From the NCBI GenBank assembly GCA_033723415.1, contig JAWVXD010000006.1:76149-140148 (forward strand): a DNA stretch of 64,000 bases, given 5' to 3'. Both the position numbers and the translations under genes were made by a program. This document shows, one piece after another, positions 51,801 to 61,212 of this stretch. The DNA is from Sulfurospirillaceae bacterium (lineage in GTDB: Bacteria > Campylobacterota > Campylobacteria > Campylobacterales > Sulfurospirillaceae). The notes beneath the pieces are model-generated. The model did not search any database. It saw only the letters and a list, made by a program, of their open reading frames with translations, and was not told the DNA's origin. How positions within the stretch are numbered: position 1 is the first letter of the stretch; the number at the start of each line of letters is the position of its first letter.

Positions 51801-54800
51801 TGAGAGATATCAACGATTCCTTTATTGTCCTCATGATATAAAAGACGAGATTTTATAGGGGAATTACTATCTACCGTAAGTTTTCCGCTATCTTCAAATT
51901 TTGTCTTTTGTTCAAAGATTTGTGCCGGTTGAAATTTTTTATCAAAATAACTTCCTAGCTCATATAGTTTCTCTTTTTCACCGATCTTGGCAAAAAGTTT
52001 ATTTAGAGATTTATCGGTATAAGGATGCACTTTATAGTTTTTCCTATATAGATCGATCAGATCTTGCCCTTTTAATATATCTTGATTTTCTCCGGCCCTT
52101 GCGATCTCATTTAGAAGAGAGATCTTTTTACCATCAGGTGTATCGGTAATATCTTTATATATTTGTGCTCCGTCATTGATATCACTAAAATGGATCTTCT
52201 TTTGAGATACTTCAACCCTACCGTCTTTTAAAACGATGCCTTTTCTATCCAACCCATAAGCTTCAAGCCCATGTGCATCGGCATATTTCCAAAAAGCACT
52301 TGACTCAGTAGGTAAGTTTTTTTCTATGTTTAAACTATGATCTTTTGTTTTGATCTTCTGATAATCAAGTTTCATTTTTGAGTAATCTGCCTTACCGCTT
52401 ACGACATAAGCCTTGGTACCAAACTGTTTATTAACCCCTACTTCCATCTTTCCAAGTATCTTTTGGGGATTTTTTTGGAAATAATCATTAAGATAGATAC
52501 CATCTTGTGTTTTAGTAGATTTGATAAATGCTTCATTTTGTGCGAGCTGTTTTCCTGTTGCGCTCACTCCCTCAGGACGCTTTTGCAAAAAGATCACATC
52601 AGTACCGACATCAGTATGTGCATTTTTGCTAAACGTACCCTCCGGCAACCGATATGCCCCGATGATATTTGATTTATCCATCAGCTCTTTACGGACTTTA
52701 AAGTCCGATTTATCCATAGTCCCTTTACTGGTCACAAAAGTGATGACCCCATTATCTTTAGCCTTATCTACCGCACTCACAAAATAATAATCATGTAAAG
52801 CTTTGATATCTGGTCTCACATCGATGCTATTTGCCCCTCTTGTTTCTATAAAAGGGACATTAGATATGATGAGATCATAACCGTTGCCTTTAAAATTTTC
52901 AAAGCTCGTATTATAATGTTTGGCATCAGGGTATAAGATCTTATTGATCTTATAAGCTTTAGGATCAGTGTCTATCGTAGTCCAATCAAGATGCGGTTTA
53001 TGTCCTACAAAATTTCCACTGCCAACTGCAGGCTCTAGTGCTTTTTTCATAGGAACACCGGAGCGATCAAGTGCTGCATATATCCCTCTAACTGTCTCAT
53101 AAGGAGTATAATGTTCACTCAAGCTTCCATAAGTACCACTATCGATACCACCGGTACCGGTGTATTTTCTAAGGATTTCTTTATCTTGCTGAGTAATCTT
53201 TTTAGTTTTCTTTTTGAGAATATTATCAACTTCGGCATTGATTGTTTTTCTCTCACTCTTACTCATAAAAATAAAAAAACTATCTCTCAAATCTAAATTT
53301 TGTGTTGATTTTTCAACCGTTTTTGTCGTATCAGATATCTTTCTGCTTTGTCCATCAGAAACAACATGATCTTTTTGATTTTGTACGCTTCCTTTCGTTT
53401 GCGTGCCGAGCGGATTCTCTTGTCTAAGTTTTTCTTTTGATACATTGACACCCTCCTTAGGTTTTACATCTGGCCCTGTATTGCTGCCATCTTTCTGCTG
53501 TACCATTGGGTCCCCTGAAGATCCGGAAACACTATCACCATTGCTCCCAGAGGTTTGCTGTCCTGCCACTTGGTCAAATCCCTTGGATATTGCATTATCC
53601 TGGCTAACTGTGATAGGATTTTGTCCATCATTCGGTAAGGTTCCGCTACCATTATCGATGCTTGGGATCTGATCGTTTTGATTGGAGATTGCATTGCTGC
53701 TTCCCCCTTGTGGATCTGTTCCGATAGACTGAGGCGTTCTTGGTATGTCAGTTTTTCCTCCAGGAATGAGGCCATCTCCATTGTGTTGGCTTGAGATATT
53801 TTCTGCTGCTGCTGTTGCATGTTCTGCTCCTTTTTCACTTATCTTTGATATAAAATAATTCTTTGCGATATCACTATTACCTTGTGCGTATGCTTCGGTT
53901 AAAACTTTTGCCTGCTCTTCACCAAACCCGGCATTTAAAAGACTTTGTGTATATTCATCAGGGGTACGGATAGGATTTGCGATATCACGATTGAGAGCAT
54001 GGATGACATTCCACCCGGCCAATCTATTCTCTACTCCCATTCCATCATTCACCCAGTTTGTGATCATCATCTCATCAGGAGTTGGCTTATATTTGGCATT
54101 GATTAAAGTTTTTAATTCACTTGGCATGATCTGAGGGTTATCTTTGACTTCTTTTTGGATGCCTTTTGTCATATCATTAAATCGTACAGCCGAAGCATCT
54201 GTGGATTGTGTGATTTGATCATTGACCTTTTGAACTTCATTTTCAATGATATTTATTTTTGCTTCTTGATAATCCAATGTAGCCATAGTGTCCAAATGAT
54301 TTTTAAAGGCAACGATATCTTTATAGGTAGAAGCATCAACTGCACTTTGTGTCTTACCTTCTACAGCATCTTTGAGAACTTGTGTCTTTATATCTTGAGG
54401 CTTACCGGCTAGTGTTTCATTAACATAAGAAGCAAGATCAAATTGTTTAGGTTTTAAAGAAGAACCGGTGTTGATAGTATTTCCGGAACTATCAGCTTTT
54501 TGCATGATCGGGATATCAAAAAGTTGATTTTTTGAGATATTTTCAAAATCCTGATTCGTCTTTGCGTCTTTAATACGGGCTTCTTTAGTTTTTAGCCAAA
54601 GTTTAGATAAGCCCGATGCAGTTTGATGTAAAGCCTCTCCTATGAGTGGAGTTGCAATCGCTCCGGTAAGAGCTCCTGCAGCAATATTCCTATTGCCCCC
54701 ATATGCAGAAAGACCACCACTTAAAGCACCGGTTGCAGCAAAAGATATAACTCTTCTTGCCGCATTGACCGTACCGATTGGGACAAGGTTTACAGGATCT

Positions 54801-55219
54801 ATAAAACCACCGGCAAGTTCCCCTGCAGTAGAAGCTATATCCCATTTGTCTTTTGGTAACGTAGCGTGATAATTTTTTTGATATTCATTGATACGATTGA
54901 TCCAACCGTCTATTTTATGTGTGACATCATTGGGTTGATCTTTCCTGAGAGGATCTAAAAAGTTTGCAACATTATCAGCAACTTTAAGATATCCATTTGC
55001 TGTTTCTAGTGCAGATTTTCCAACTCCCGCACCAAAACGAACGATACTATTATCCATCTTTGTAGCATCTTTTTGTCTAGCATCTTTTAAAGCTGCTTGA
55101 TCTTGCTGCATATTATCCCAGGCGCTTTGTGCCATAGCACGGATATGATTTGCCTGATAACCTTTGTCTTGGAGCTGTTTTATAACATCATTGCCAAGGA
55201 TATCTCTTGGGGTAGGCAT
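48806..55219 (-). CDS. giant DarB-like protein: N6-adenine MTase + SNF2/SF2 helicase, putative ejection protein
   Basis: ALEPAVGSGNF, IISNVPF, AHDVGGGKT, FADEAR, ATPTPN, GEGMNIQ, QRGGRGIRFGN. Confidence 0.8.
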   Translation of the reverse strand: MPTPRDILGNDVIKQLQDKGYQANHIRAMAQSAWDNMQQDQAALKDARQKDATKMDNSIVRFGAGVGKSALETANGYLKVADNVANFLDPLRKDQPNDVTHKIDGWINRINEYQKNYHATLPKDKWDIASTAGELAGGFIDPVNLVPIGTVNAARRVISFAATGALSGGLSAYGGNRNIAAGALTGAIATPLIGEALHQTASGLSKLWLKTKEARIKDAKTNQDFENISKNQLFDIPIMQKADSSGNTINTGSSLKPKQFDLASYVNETLAGKPQDIKTQVLKDAVEGKTQSAVDASTYKDIVAFKNHLDTMATLDYQEAKINIIENEVQKVNDQITQSTDASAVRFNDMTKGIQKEVKDNPQIMPSELKTLINAKYKPTPDEMMITNWVNDGMGVENRLAGWNVIHALNRDIANPIRTPDEYTQSLLNAGFGEEQAKVLTEAYAQGNSDIAKNYFISKISEKGAEHATAAAENISSQHNGDGLIPGGKTDIPRTPQSIGTDPQGGSSNAISNQNDQIPSIDNGSGTLPNDGQNPITVSQDNAISKGFDQVAGQQTSGSNGDSVSGSSGDPMVQQKDGSNTGPDVKPKEGVNVSKEKLRQENPLGTQTKGSVQNQKDHVVSDGQSRKISDTTKTVEKSTQNLDLRDSFFIFMSKSERKTINAEVDNILKKKTKKITQQDKEILRKYTGTGGIDSGTYGSLSEHYTPYETVRGIYAALDRSGVPMKKALEPAVGSGNFVGHKPHLDWTTIDTDPKAYKINKILYPDAKHYNTSFENFKGNGYDLIISNVPFIETRGANSIDVRPDIKALHDYYFVSAVDKAKDNGVITFVTSKGTMDKSDFKVRKELMDKSNIIGAYRLPEGTFSKNAHTDVGTDVIFLQKRPEGVSATGKQLAQNEAFIKSTKTQDGIYLNDYFQKNPQKILGKMEVGVNKQFGTKAYVVSGKADYSKMKLDYQKIKTKDHSLNIEKNLPTESSAFWKYADAHGLEAYGLDRKGIVLKDGRVEVSQKKIHFSDINDGAQIYKDITDTPDGKKISLLNEIARAGENQDILKGQDLIDLYRKNYKVHPYTDKSLNKLFAKIGEKEKLYELGSYFDKKFQPAQIFEQKTKFEDSGKLTVDSNSPIKSRLLYHEDNKGIVDISQGGEYIKKEDFHNALKEGYSVIAPGKLQNDILYYSGKLYDKLDNLNIAFEKYKDDGVVFAKLEKQKAALEELLPEKKTIENISLRGDEPWLLEKGIEIYPLRKVERTIQKGEQKIREYDTGFGPIFDNYINSKALISIKKDETMSSYRRRLREANDEVQSTLAKIKEKILSDPKLTKKIESIYNRKFNGYVSPDYGKASYLIQDTLKEIEPTLISRDNQIQWVTKSLYEGKGINAHDVGGGKTLSAVILARALKNKGAAKKPLFVVPSKVIGNWEKEIKRAFPDAKIVNLFNLEKSTRSKKLYELGNNSADYILISHEGFSQLKLPHDIEMRYVDELLNENLKTEDLKGRALALQTEKIKKYKELLRRENLDKRITIDNLGIDAIFADEARAFKNIGINSKLVNFKLGKPFSLTLDKNTHVVTLDSALAYDFRFKTRYISEKNNGKNIFMFDATPTPNKPMEIYTMLKHLDNSIFNEYGIYTDRDFADRFFDFGANMNKRGGIEYGLNAIKNAYDLRAIMDRYVERISMEDFKSKGIITLPDEKVNTHYLDGSHESDIVFSDIKKRLLEAKSDSSKRNKMMGIFSEGVSASTDPRAYQRAGVRDFIDPTPDNNKLESTIQKVLERRSKDKNAGQIIFLDNAGHEQQVPRDLNKDGNIFDATLDQNLHQEMKQKLLASKKYKPQEIAIISGKEITDPTTGKEIRGASGRKAVELKQAIVDAYDKGKVKVVIGTTKGAGEGMNIQKYTKDIYNVDIPWTPAELKQRGGRGIRFGNINDSVNVHYFFQAGTFDELMYKTVANKRGWNEALWDAKPKDRIEIVDGASAMPTEEEFMLQMEKDPVKRKELELQIEYNRLENELQAVNEEGYFLKSRRDAITRGIATTKKEISTLGTRLKSDRPNQYLGDLLEKIAKTKDPKKKQLYKADYEKKIVNAKANIQKMIDAKNRRILDQEAFYQKTLKDIENNQIDGKDAGNKLASFEDKHVGQNGKIKPEIVEEIC

Positions 55220-55279
55220 ATGCTCTCCTTAATATTTTTATATTTATATTAAGATAGAGCATTCCTTATTTTTTTATAT

Positions 55280-55990
55280 TTATTGAAGTGGCGTATCCAA
55301 AAGTTTTTTACTATTCCCGATCTGCTCTGCCTGCTTCGCATTGACAAAGCTGATAGGGGCTATAAAACGTCCGTCTTTTGTACTTTTTACTAAACCGTTT
55401 GCCGTATCTGCATATTGATTATAGAAATCAGACCCTACGTTAACCCACCCTTTTGGGATATCACTAGAAGCTTTCTTAGTATTCCAATCCGTCTTAACCG
55501 GTCCAAGATCTTTTTCCACGATATTCCCATTTTGTACATAGGTCATAATCTTATGCCCATCAGGAGTGATCCTAGCATCAATCTTACTGATCTTCACGCT
55601 TTTATCTTTTGGTAAAAGTTTATCCATTTGATCACCCCAAGCCAATAGTTCGCTATCACTCAAGTTTGCCGTAGCTTTTGGGTGTGCTTTACGAAACGCA
55701 CCTACTTTATTTCCTGCTTTGATCGCAGCGTCTAAAGCATCTTTTTGTATTTTTTGCATTTTATAATCAAAAGCATCTTGTTTCAGCTTCAACTCCTGAG
55801 CAGATCTCGCGTCTTGATTGTTTAAAAGCTTCAAGTTCGCATCTTTATAGCCTTTTGCATCTGCTTTAGCTTTTGCATCAAGAGGAAGTTGACCTAGATT
55901 TTGCATTGTTTTTCCAACAGCTGCAGCAGCTGAACCGATACCATATCCAGAGCTCATCCCAGGTTGGGGGAGATATCTTAAATTTAACAT
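55280..55990 (-). CDS. putative internal virion/ejection protein
   Basis: Gly/Ala-rich N-terminus, coiled coil, position before giant protein. Confidence 0.5.
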   Translation of the reverse strand: MLNLRYLPQPGMSSGYGIGSAAAAVGKTMQNLGQLPLDAKAKADAKGYKDANLKLLNNQDARSAQELKLKQDAFDYKMQKIQKDALDAAIKAGNKVGAFRKAHPKATANLSDSELLAWGDQMDKLLPKDKSVKISKIDARITPDGHKIMTYVQNGNIVEKDLGPVKTDWNTKKASSDIPKGWVNVGSDFYNQYADTANGLVKSTKDGRFIAPISFVNAKQAEQIGNSKKLLDTPLQ

Positions 55991-55991
55991 A

Positions 55992-56213
55992 TTATAATCC
56001 TTTCGCAAGAGTACTATTTGCAAAGCCAAGCTTCAAATTTGCATCGGCTTGTGCTTGCCTTTTTTTGTTATAGTCATAAATACCAAGATTGAGATTATTC
56101 ACTTTATCCATAGCTTTTGCCTGTGATAAAGCCGCGTAACCTTGTCCTAATCCTCCGACTAAAGTACCTACAGATTTCAACTCCTGAGCATTATTTGTTA
56201 GCCATTTCCACAT
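55992..56213 (-). CDS. small putative ejection protein
   Basis: GTLVGGLGQGYAALSQAKA; RBS AAGGAG. Confidence 0.5.
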   Translation of the reverse strand: MWKWLTNNAQELKSVGTLVGGLGQGYAALSQAKAMDKVNNLNLGIYDYNKKRQAQADANLKLGFANSTLAKGL

Positions 56214-56255
56214 GTTCGCTCCTTTGCGATAATATACTTATAAAAAGCATTATTT

Positions 56256-57716
56256 TTATATATTCCCAATGTTCATGATCTTATCGATATAACTTTGACC
56301 ACTATTATTATCTTCGATCGCATAAACTTTAATGTGATCTTTTGTTGCAGTTTGCTGTACCGGATTTGATTGACTTGTCCCATGGGTAGCTGCATTGAAA
56401 GTAGAGTATGCCTTTGATCCTATTTTCATAAGATTGCCAAGGCCTGCACCACTGACAAAATGAGAAAAGACATCTTTCAGTGAACTCTCCATTGCGATTT
56501 GACTCGCCGTCCTCGCACTGAGTCCACTTGCCATCGCTTCTTGTTCTATTGCTTTTGTACCGGATTGCTCGATTGAAGTATAAAGAGACACTACGGCACC
56601 CACTACTTCAAGAAATGTATCTCCCATTCTCATCCCAATACTCCCCATAAATGCGCCCATCGCACCAATAGGTCCACCTATAATAAAACCTACTACTATG
56701 CTCGCAAGCATCGTAAACATGTCGATAATATCACTATACCAGTATCCATTTTCCTGTACATAAAGCTGAAATTGGCTATTCCAATTATCTATAAAATCCA
56801 CACGGTTTTGCACTAAATCACCGGTGTCAAGATAAACTAAAGGGCAGATCATATACCCACCACCTACTTGGATATCATCACCACCATCACCCCCTTCATG
56901 ATAAGTATAAGGAGAATAATACTGTACTGCGATACCATCGGCATATACATTAACAAATCCGGTAGGATTATTTGTAAAACTTAAAGGAATAGTACTATCT
57001 GGAAGTTTTACATAAGGGATTGAGGGAGAAGTATAAATAATACCTCCATGTGCTGAACTATCTACTGGAGCTACATACTTTGGCAATAGTACACCACTTG
57101 GATTCCCGATATCAGATAATGTAATATTTTGGACGACTGGATTAACTCCATTAACTTGCAAGAGAGGATATTCTATCAATCCACTTGTAAAGTCCACACT
57201 ATAAAACCATCCATCCGAAATAACGGTCACCCCATCGGTACCAAGATGCGTTTTCTCATATATCATGACATTATTGACGAGTGTTGCACCAAAACTATTA
57301 TATTTTGCCCAGTATCCATTACCATCTATAAACCAACCTGGCATATCATAAGAGGCTATACCTATATTTTTAGGAATGATATAACAATCATCATGATAAA
57401 TTCCATCGCTTGGAGTTCCGGCATAAGTGGCATAAGGGCTTTGCCCGACAAAAAGTTGATTAAGTCCTAGATTATAAGTATCTATATAATCATAAGGGGC
57501 CGTTGAAGGTGATTTTATATCCCATTTTTTTATGGCTTGTACCGGTCGTCCATTTACAGTAAAAGTATAAGGTACCGTTTCGATCCGGCCTTTTCTCCAT
57601 AGTTGCTTATGTAAAAGCTCATACATCTTACCATATCCGATAAGTGTTGATAATACGGCATTTTGAAATGATAGATAAACATCATCATCTCGTAGGATAA
57701 TACTTCGTAGTTTCAT
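56256..57716 (-). CDS. virion structural/tail protein with Gly-rich hydrophobic segment
   Basis: 486 aa, beta-rich N-terminus, IIGGPIGAMGAFMG. Confidence 0.45.
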   Translation of the reverse strand: MKLRSIILRDDDVYLSFQNAVLSTLIGYGKMYELLHKQLWRKGRIETVPYTFTVNGRPVQAIKKWDIKSPSTAPYDYIDTYNLGLNQLFVGQSPYATYAGTPSDGIYHDDCYIIPKNIGIASYDMPGWFIDGNGYWAKYNSFGATLVNNVMIYEKTHLGTDGVTVISDGWFYSVDFTSGLIEYPLLQVNGVNPVVQNITLSDIGNPSGVLLPKYVAPVDSSAHGGIIYTSPSIPYVKLPDSTIPLSFTNNPTGFVNVYADGIAVQYYSPYTYHEGGDGGDDIQVGGGYMICPLVYLDTGDLVQNRVDFIDNWNSQFQLYVQENGYWYSDIIDMFTMLASIVVGFIIGGPIGAMGAFMGSIGMRMGDTFLEVVGAVVSLYTSIEQSGTKAIEQEAMASGLSARTASQIAMESSLKDVFSHFVSGAGLGNLMKIGSKAYSTFNAATHGTSQSNPVQQTATKDHIKVYAIEDNNSGQSYIDKIMNIGNI

Positions 57717-58114
57717 GGCGTGATAGCAGCAACCGCAGTGAACATCTTACTTAATAGATCCGTAGGCAAAGCAGTACCGCCTGCTCCAAACATCCCCGTA
57801 ACATTGGTAAGAGTTTTGGCTTCTTCTACCCTCAAGTTATCATCAAATGCTTCCGTTTGTCTCTCTACAAGTAACTTTCTGCTCGCCTCTGTATCCGCTT
57901 GCGCATTAATCATATCGACTTGCGCATCTTGTATCGGTTGATCTTGCACGGCTTTAATGCTTGCTTGAATCGTAGCATTAAGACCGGAAGCCAGAACATT
58001 TGCATAATCAGTACCCTTTAATTTTCCAGAAGAAAATTGGTCATCGAGGGTCCCTTTTACTTTTGCTATTAGCGCATCATAAACCGTCCCTATTGCTGCT
58101 GTATCTACTGCCAT
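57713..58114 (-). CDS. phage virion structural protein
   Basis: QFSSGKLKGTDYANV; in structural operon. Confidence 0.5.
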   Translation of the reverse strand: MAVDTAAIGTVYDALIAKVKGTLDDQFSSGKLKGTDYANVLASGLNATIQASIKAVQDQPIQDAQVDMINAQADTEASRKLLVERQTEAFDDNLRVEEAKTLTNVTGMFGAGGTALPTDLLSKMFTAVAAITP

Positions 58115-58123
58115 GTTATCTCC

Positions 58124-58591
58124 CTATTTTACAAATCCCAAATATTTATCGACCAATAAACTACCGATTATCGCTGTAGTTATTAAACTTGTTGCGACGA
58201 TAGCCATGCGCATCATGATTTTATTTGGTATGCTTTTTACTTCTTCGAGATCTTTTGTATTCACCTCTATTCTTTTATCAAAACTATCGATAACAGAGTT
58301 ATAATGTTTTAATTCTGTTTCTCTTTGGATGATGTGACTCTTCAATGCAGGGCAACCGTTTATCTGATTGTTTTCTATCTTTGAGAGTCTATTTTCATTT
58401 TCATAGATTCTTTTATGAAGTCGTTTATGGGCATCGATATAAGACCTCTCGATGTTAGAGAGTTTCTCCAAGATAACTTCTTGCTTTCCCATTGATTCAA
58501 TCAATTTATCAACTTTCTTATTTGTATCTGCATGTGCTTTCGTTAAGTGTTTTACCGCATCAACTATAAGAGAGATATCTTTATCGTCCAT
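58124..58591 (-). CDS. coiled-coil protein with C-terminal TM (lysis-cassette associated)
   Basis: C-terminal hydrophobic helix; adjacent to spanins. Confidence 0.45.
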   Translation of the reverse strand: MDDKDISLIVDAVKHLTKAHADTNKKVDKLIESMGKQEVILEKLSNIERSYIDAHKRLHKRIYENENRLSKIENNQINGCPALKSHIIQRETELKHYNSVIDSFDKRIEVNTKDLEEVKSIPNKIMMRMAIVATSLITTAIIGSLLVDKYLGFVK

Positions 58592-58853
58592 TAATTACTT
58601 CCTTTATCCCATCTAAATGATTATTACAAGTATCTATTGCTCCAACTAATCCGGTTATATAGGGAGCAATTGAACTTTGCATTTTTATATTTTGTGGCAC
58701 TTTTGGCTTAGGGACGTGTTTAAGCAAAGACTCTGGTATTTTTTCTTTGACAATTTTTGTTTTTGTAATTGTAACCGGAACTTTTATCGGAGGCGGTATT
58801 TTTTGACCACATCCGATGAAAACAGTCGCTAAAATTAAAATTAAATATTTCAT
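58581..58853 (-). CDS. o-spanin (Rz1-like lipoprotein)
   Basis: Lipobox FIGC, Pro-rich, IPESLL..P, C-terminal CN. Confidence 0.75.
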   Translation of the reverse strand: MKYLILILATVFIGCGQKIPPPIKVPVTITKTKIVKEKIPESLLKHVPKPKVPQNIKMQSSIAPYITGLVGAIDTCNNHLDGIKEVINGR

Positions 58854-59290
58854 TGGTCCATCTTCCTTATTGCTTCTAAAGTATCGATCAATACCTTTGC
58901 TGTAGGTGCATCATCTTGAGGTTTTACATGCCTAGCTTTTTCATTTATAGCTGCTATCGTTTTTGTTATCTTTACATCCTTCAGATATTTTTTTTGAAGA
59001 ATATTGATAGTATTTTGATACTCCAATTTTTGTTTCTCAAATTCTTTGGTATTATCGTCATTAACTTTTTTGATGATGTTATACTGTACTTGGATCTGAT
59101 CGATTGAGCCTTGAGCAGTTACAAGCTTTGACTCATAAAGAGCGATCGTATGTTTCATATTTTGGTATTTCCATACACCACCGCCTATTAAAATTATTAC
59201 GGCTAAAACCAATACTACATCTATCATGATGGATGACTTGCCTTTTAAAAAACCGGTTGCAATTTTCCATACTATTCCAAACCATCCCAT
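58850..59290 (-). CDS. i-spanin (Rz-like)
   Basis: N-terminal TM + coiled coil, between endolysin and o-spanin. Confidence 0.72.
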   Translation of the reverse strand: MGWFGIVWKIATGFLKGKSSIMIDVVLVLAVIILIGGGVWKYQNMKHTIALYESKLVTAQGSIDQIQVQYNIIKKVNDDNTKEFEKQKLEYQNTINILQKKYLKDVKITKTIAAINEKARHVKPQDDAPTAKVLIDTLEAIRKMDQ

Positions 59291-59299
59291 TTTATTTCC

Positions 59300-59887
59300 T
59301 TACCAAAATTTATATTTTTTTGTGTCAAAAGTCTTATATTCTTGCCCATACTTGTAGATTCGCTTGCTATAGTCATAATTTATGTCACAAGCGGATCTCG
59401 TTTGCCCATTGTTGAAGTGGACGATTTTTCTCTTACAAAAAAGATGAGCTTGATCATGAGATACATCAGTAATATGTAAAGCTTTTCTAGCTCTCATTAT
59501 TTCTTTATTTATGAGCCCCCCACCGTTATAAAGTTGGTATGCAGCCCATAAATGGGAGCTATAAGCTTGTTGCTTTGCATTTTGCATGATATAAGCCTGT
59601 GCGTGGAGCTGATTTCCGATACTATCTATGTTATAGATGCCTTTTTGATCGAGATATTTTTGCCAAATCCTATAAGTAATCTGTGCTACTCCTTGACTTC
59701 CAACACCGTCTCTGCTGATAATATCTCGACAACCACTCTCTTGCTTTATCTGTCCTACTCCATACCAATAGGGGAAATCTATCCCAAATACGGCAGAATG
59801 TGCTACTCTGACTTGCTGCACGTAAGCAACGCATCTATCCGCCGATAGCGTAAGCGTAAATAATAACGATATAAAAAGCAATCGCAA
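59300..59887 (-). CDS. endolysin, lytic transglycosylase (SLT), with signal peptide
   Basis: GQIKQESGC, GVAQI, YNGG; TTG start after AGGAGG; RLLFISLLFTLTLSA leader. Confidence 0.8.
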   Translation of the reverse strand: MRLLFISLLFTLTLSADRCVAYVQQVRVAHSAVFGIDFPYWYGVGQIKQESGCRDIISRDGVGSQGVAQITYRIWQKYLDQKGIYNIDSIGNQLHAQAYIMQNAKQQAYSSHLWAAYQLYNGGGLINKEIMRARKALHITDVSHDQAHLFCKRKIVHFNNGQTRSACDINYDYSKRIYKYGQEYKTFDTKKYKFW

Positions 59888-60101
59888 TATAATGCCCTCC
59901 TGTAAATTTTGTAGCACTCCAATCTACTTGTACTTTAAAAAGTAGTTTTCTAGCAATATGTGCATGAAGTATTGCTGCGCTTACAAGCATTGCTTTGAAA
60001 GCTAGAAGCTGCAAAGGGCTTGGTAAGTGAGCGTATTGATGTAAAGCAAAAAGCAAGAGTGTAAAAAATAGCAATATTAGATCAACTATAATTCGTTTCA
60101 T
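59835..60101 (-). CDS. putative holin (3 TM)
   Basis: Three hydrophobic segments, immediately upstream of endolysin. Confidence 0.7.
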   Translation of the reverse strand: MKRIIVDLILLFFTLLLFALHQYAHLPSPLQLLAFKAMLVSAAILHAHIARKLLFKVQVDWSATKFTGGHYIAIAFYIVIIYAYAIGG

Positions 60102-60358
60102 CACTCACCCTCACTATTTTTACAATGGTTATACTCAAGCTTTTGAAGGAAACAGCATATTTTTTTATCAAACCAGGTTGCCCTACCCTCTGCTTTTAAT
60201 CTACCGATATGACTGCTTATCGTCTCATCCTGACTACCGTTCCATACAAGGACATTAAAAGTTTGGTCTAAAACCAAAAGAACCCTCATGGCCTTGCTTC
60301 TTTTAGCTACATCTTCATCAAACTTTGCAAACAAAACTTTCTTTTCTTCTTGTGTCAT
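60101..60358 (-). CDS. conserved small phage protein
   Basis: LDQTFNV...DETISS..GR...HC. Confidence 0.6.
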   Translation of the reverse strand: MTQEEKKVLFAKFDEDVAKRSKAMRVLLVLDQTFNVLVWNGSQDETISSHIGRLKAEGRATWFDKKICCFLQKLEYNHCKNSEGE

Positions 60359-60360
60359 TA

Positions 60361-61212
60361 TCAACTCCAAACTATCGCTTTTACTGCATCAACAGTAGTA
60401 GCATTTTGTATTTGTTTTATTATGTCTTGAAATTTGCCTAACATACTTGCATAAGCACTCGCATAAGCATCTGCCTTTTGGATAATCTTATCTACGAGCT
60501 GTTGTTTTGTTTCTCCTAAATTTCGTGATGCTAAAAGTGCATCTATAAATGGTGTGGCTATTGTATTATCTACATTCCATGCTCTTGCCTCTTGCTCTTG
60601 CTTATCATAGCTTGCTGGCTCCCAAACAGCTACTTCGCCAAGTATGCCATCAAGCGTAGCCTTCTGTCCTAGTCTTATTTCTTCACTTTTACATGTTTTG
60701 GCATCTGTAAGAGTTATATTCCAAGACGTACCATCCCAAGAGTAATAATTTATATCAAAATCTTTAGGAATTATATTTGGTGCATATTTTGTATTCGGTG
60801 CTGTTCTAGTATCACCAATACCATTATATTTTCCAGTAGTTTTATCTACTAATACACTATCTACCCAAACACCTGAAGTCCATTTTTCTGTTTTTTTAGT
60901 AGGAGCGGAATCTGCTTCTTGATAATTTCCATCATTTACAAAATATCCAATATAGTTTCCATCATTATCAATACAATAAACTTGCTTTTTTACTGGTGCT
61001 GTTGATGCTGTAGTAAATACGAAAGAATTTATAAACGCTATAGCATCACTTTCTTCTTGTGCTGTTAAATCTATCCCATCCATTTGCTTCAATGTAGGTT
61101 CAAAATAAAAATTAGTGCCTGTTATAAAACTAGGTTTAGTTGCCAATTCTTTATAGAAATTATCACCGTTGATTACGGTCAGAAGACCATTAACATAGGT
61201 TATTACTTGCAT
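60361..61212 (-). CDS. tail fibre assembly-associated protein
   Basis: WDGTSW, SYDKQEQEARAW...TPFIDAL...RN, C-terminal AIVW. Confidence 0.65.
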   Translation of the reverse strand: MQVITYVNGLLTVINGDNFYKELATKPSFITGTNFYFEPTLKQMDGIDLTAQEESDAIAFINSFVFTTASTAPVKKQVYCIDNDGNYIGYFVNDGNYQEADSAPTKKTEKWTSGVWVDSVLVDKTTGKYNGIGDTRTAPNTKYAPNIIPKDFDINYYSWDGTSWNITLTDAKTCKSEEIRLGQKATLDGILGEVAVWEPASYDKQEQEARAWNVDNTIATPFIDALLASRNLGETKQQLVDKIIQKADAYASAYASMLGKFQDIIKQIQNATTVDAVKAIVWS

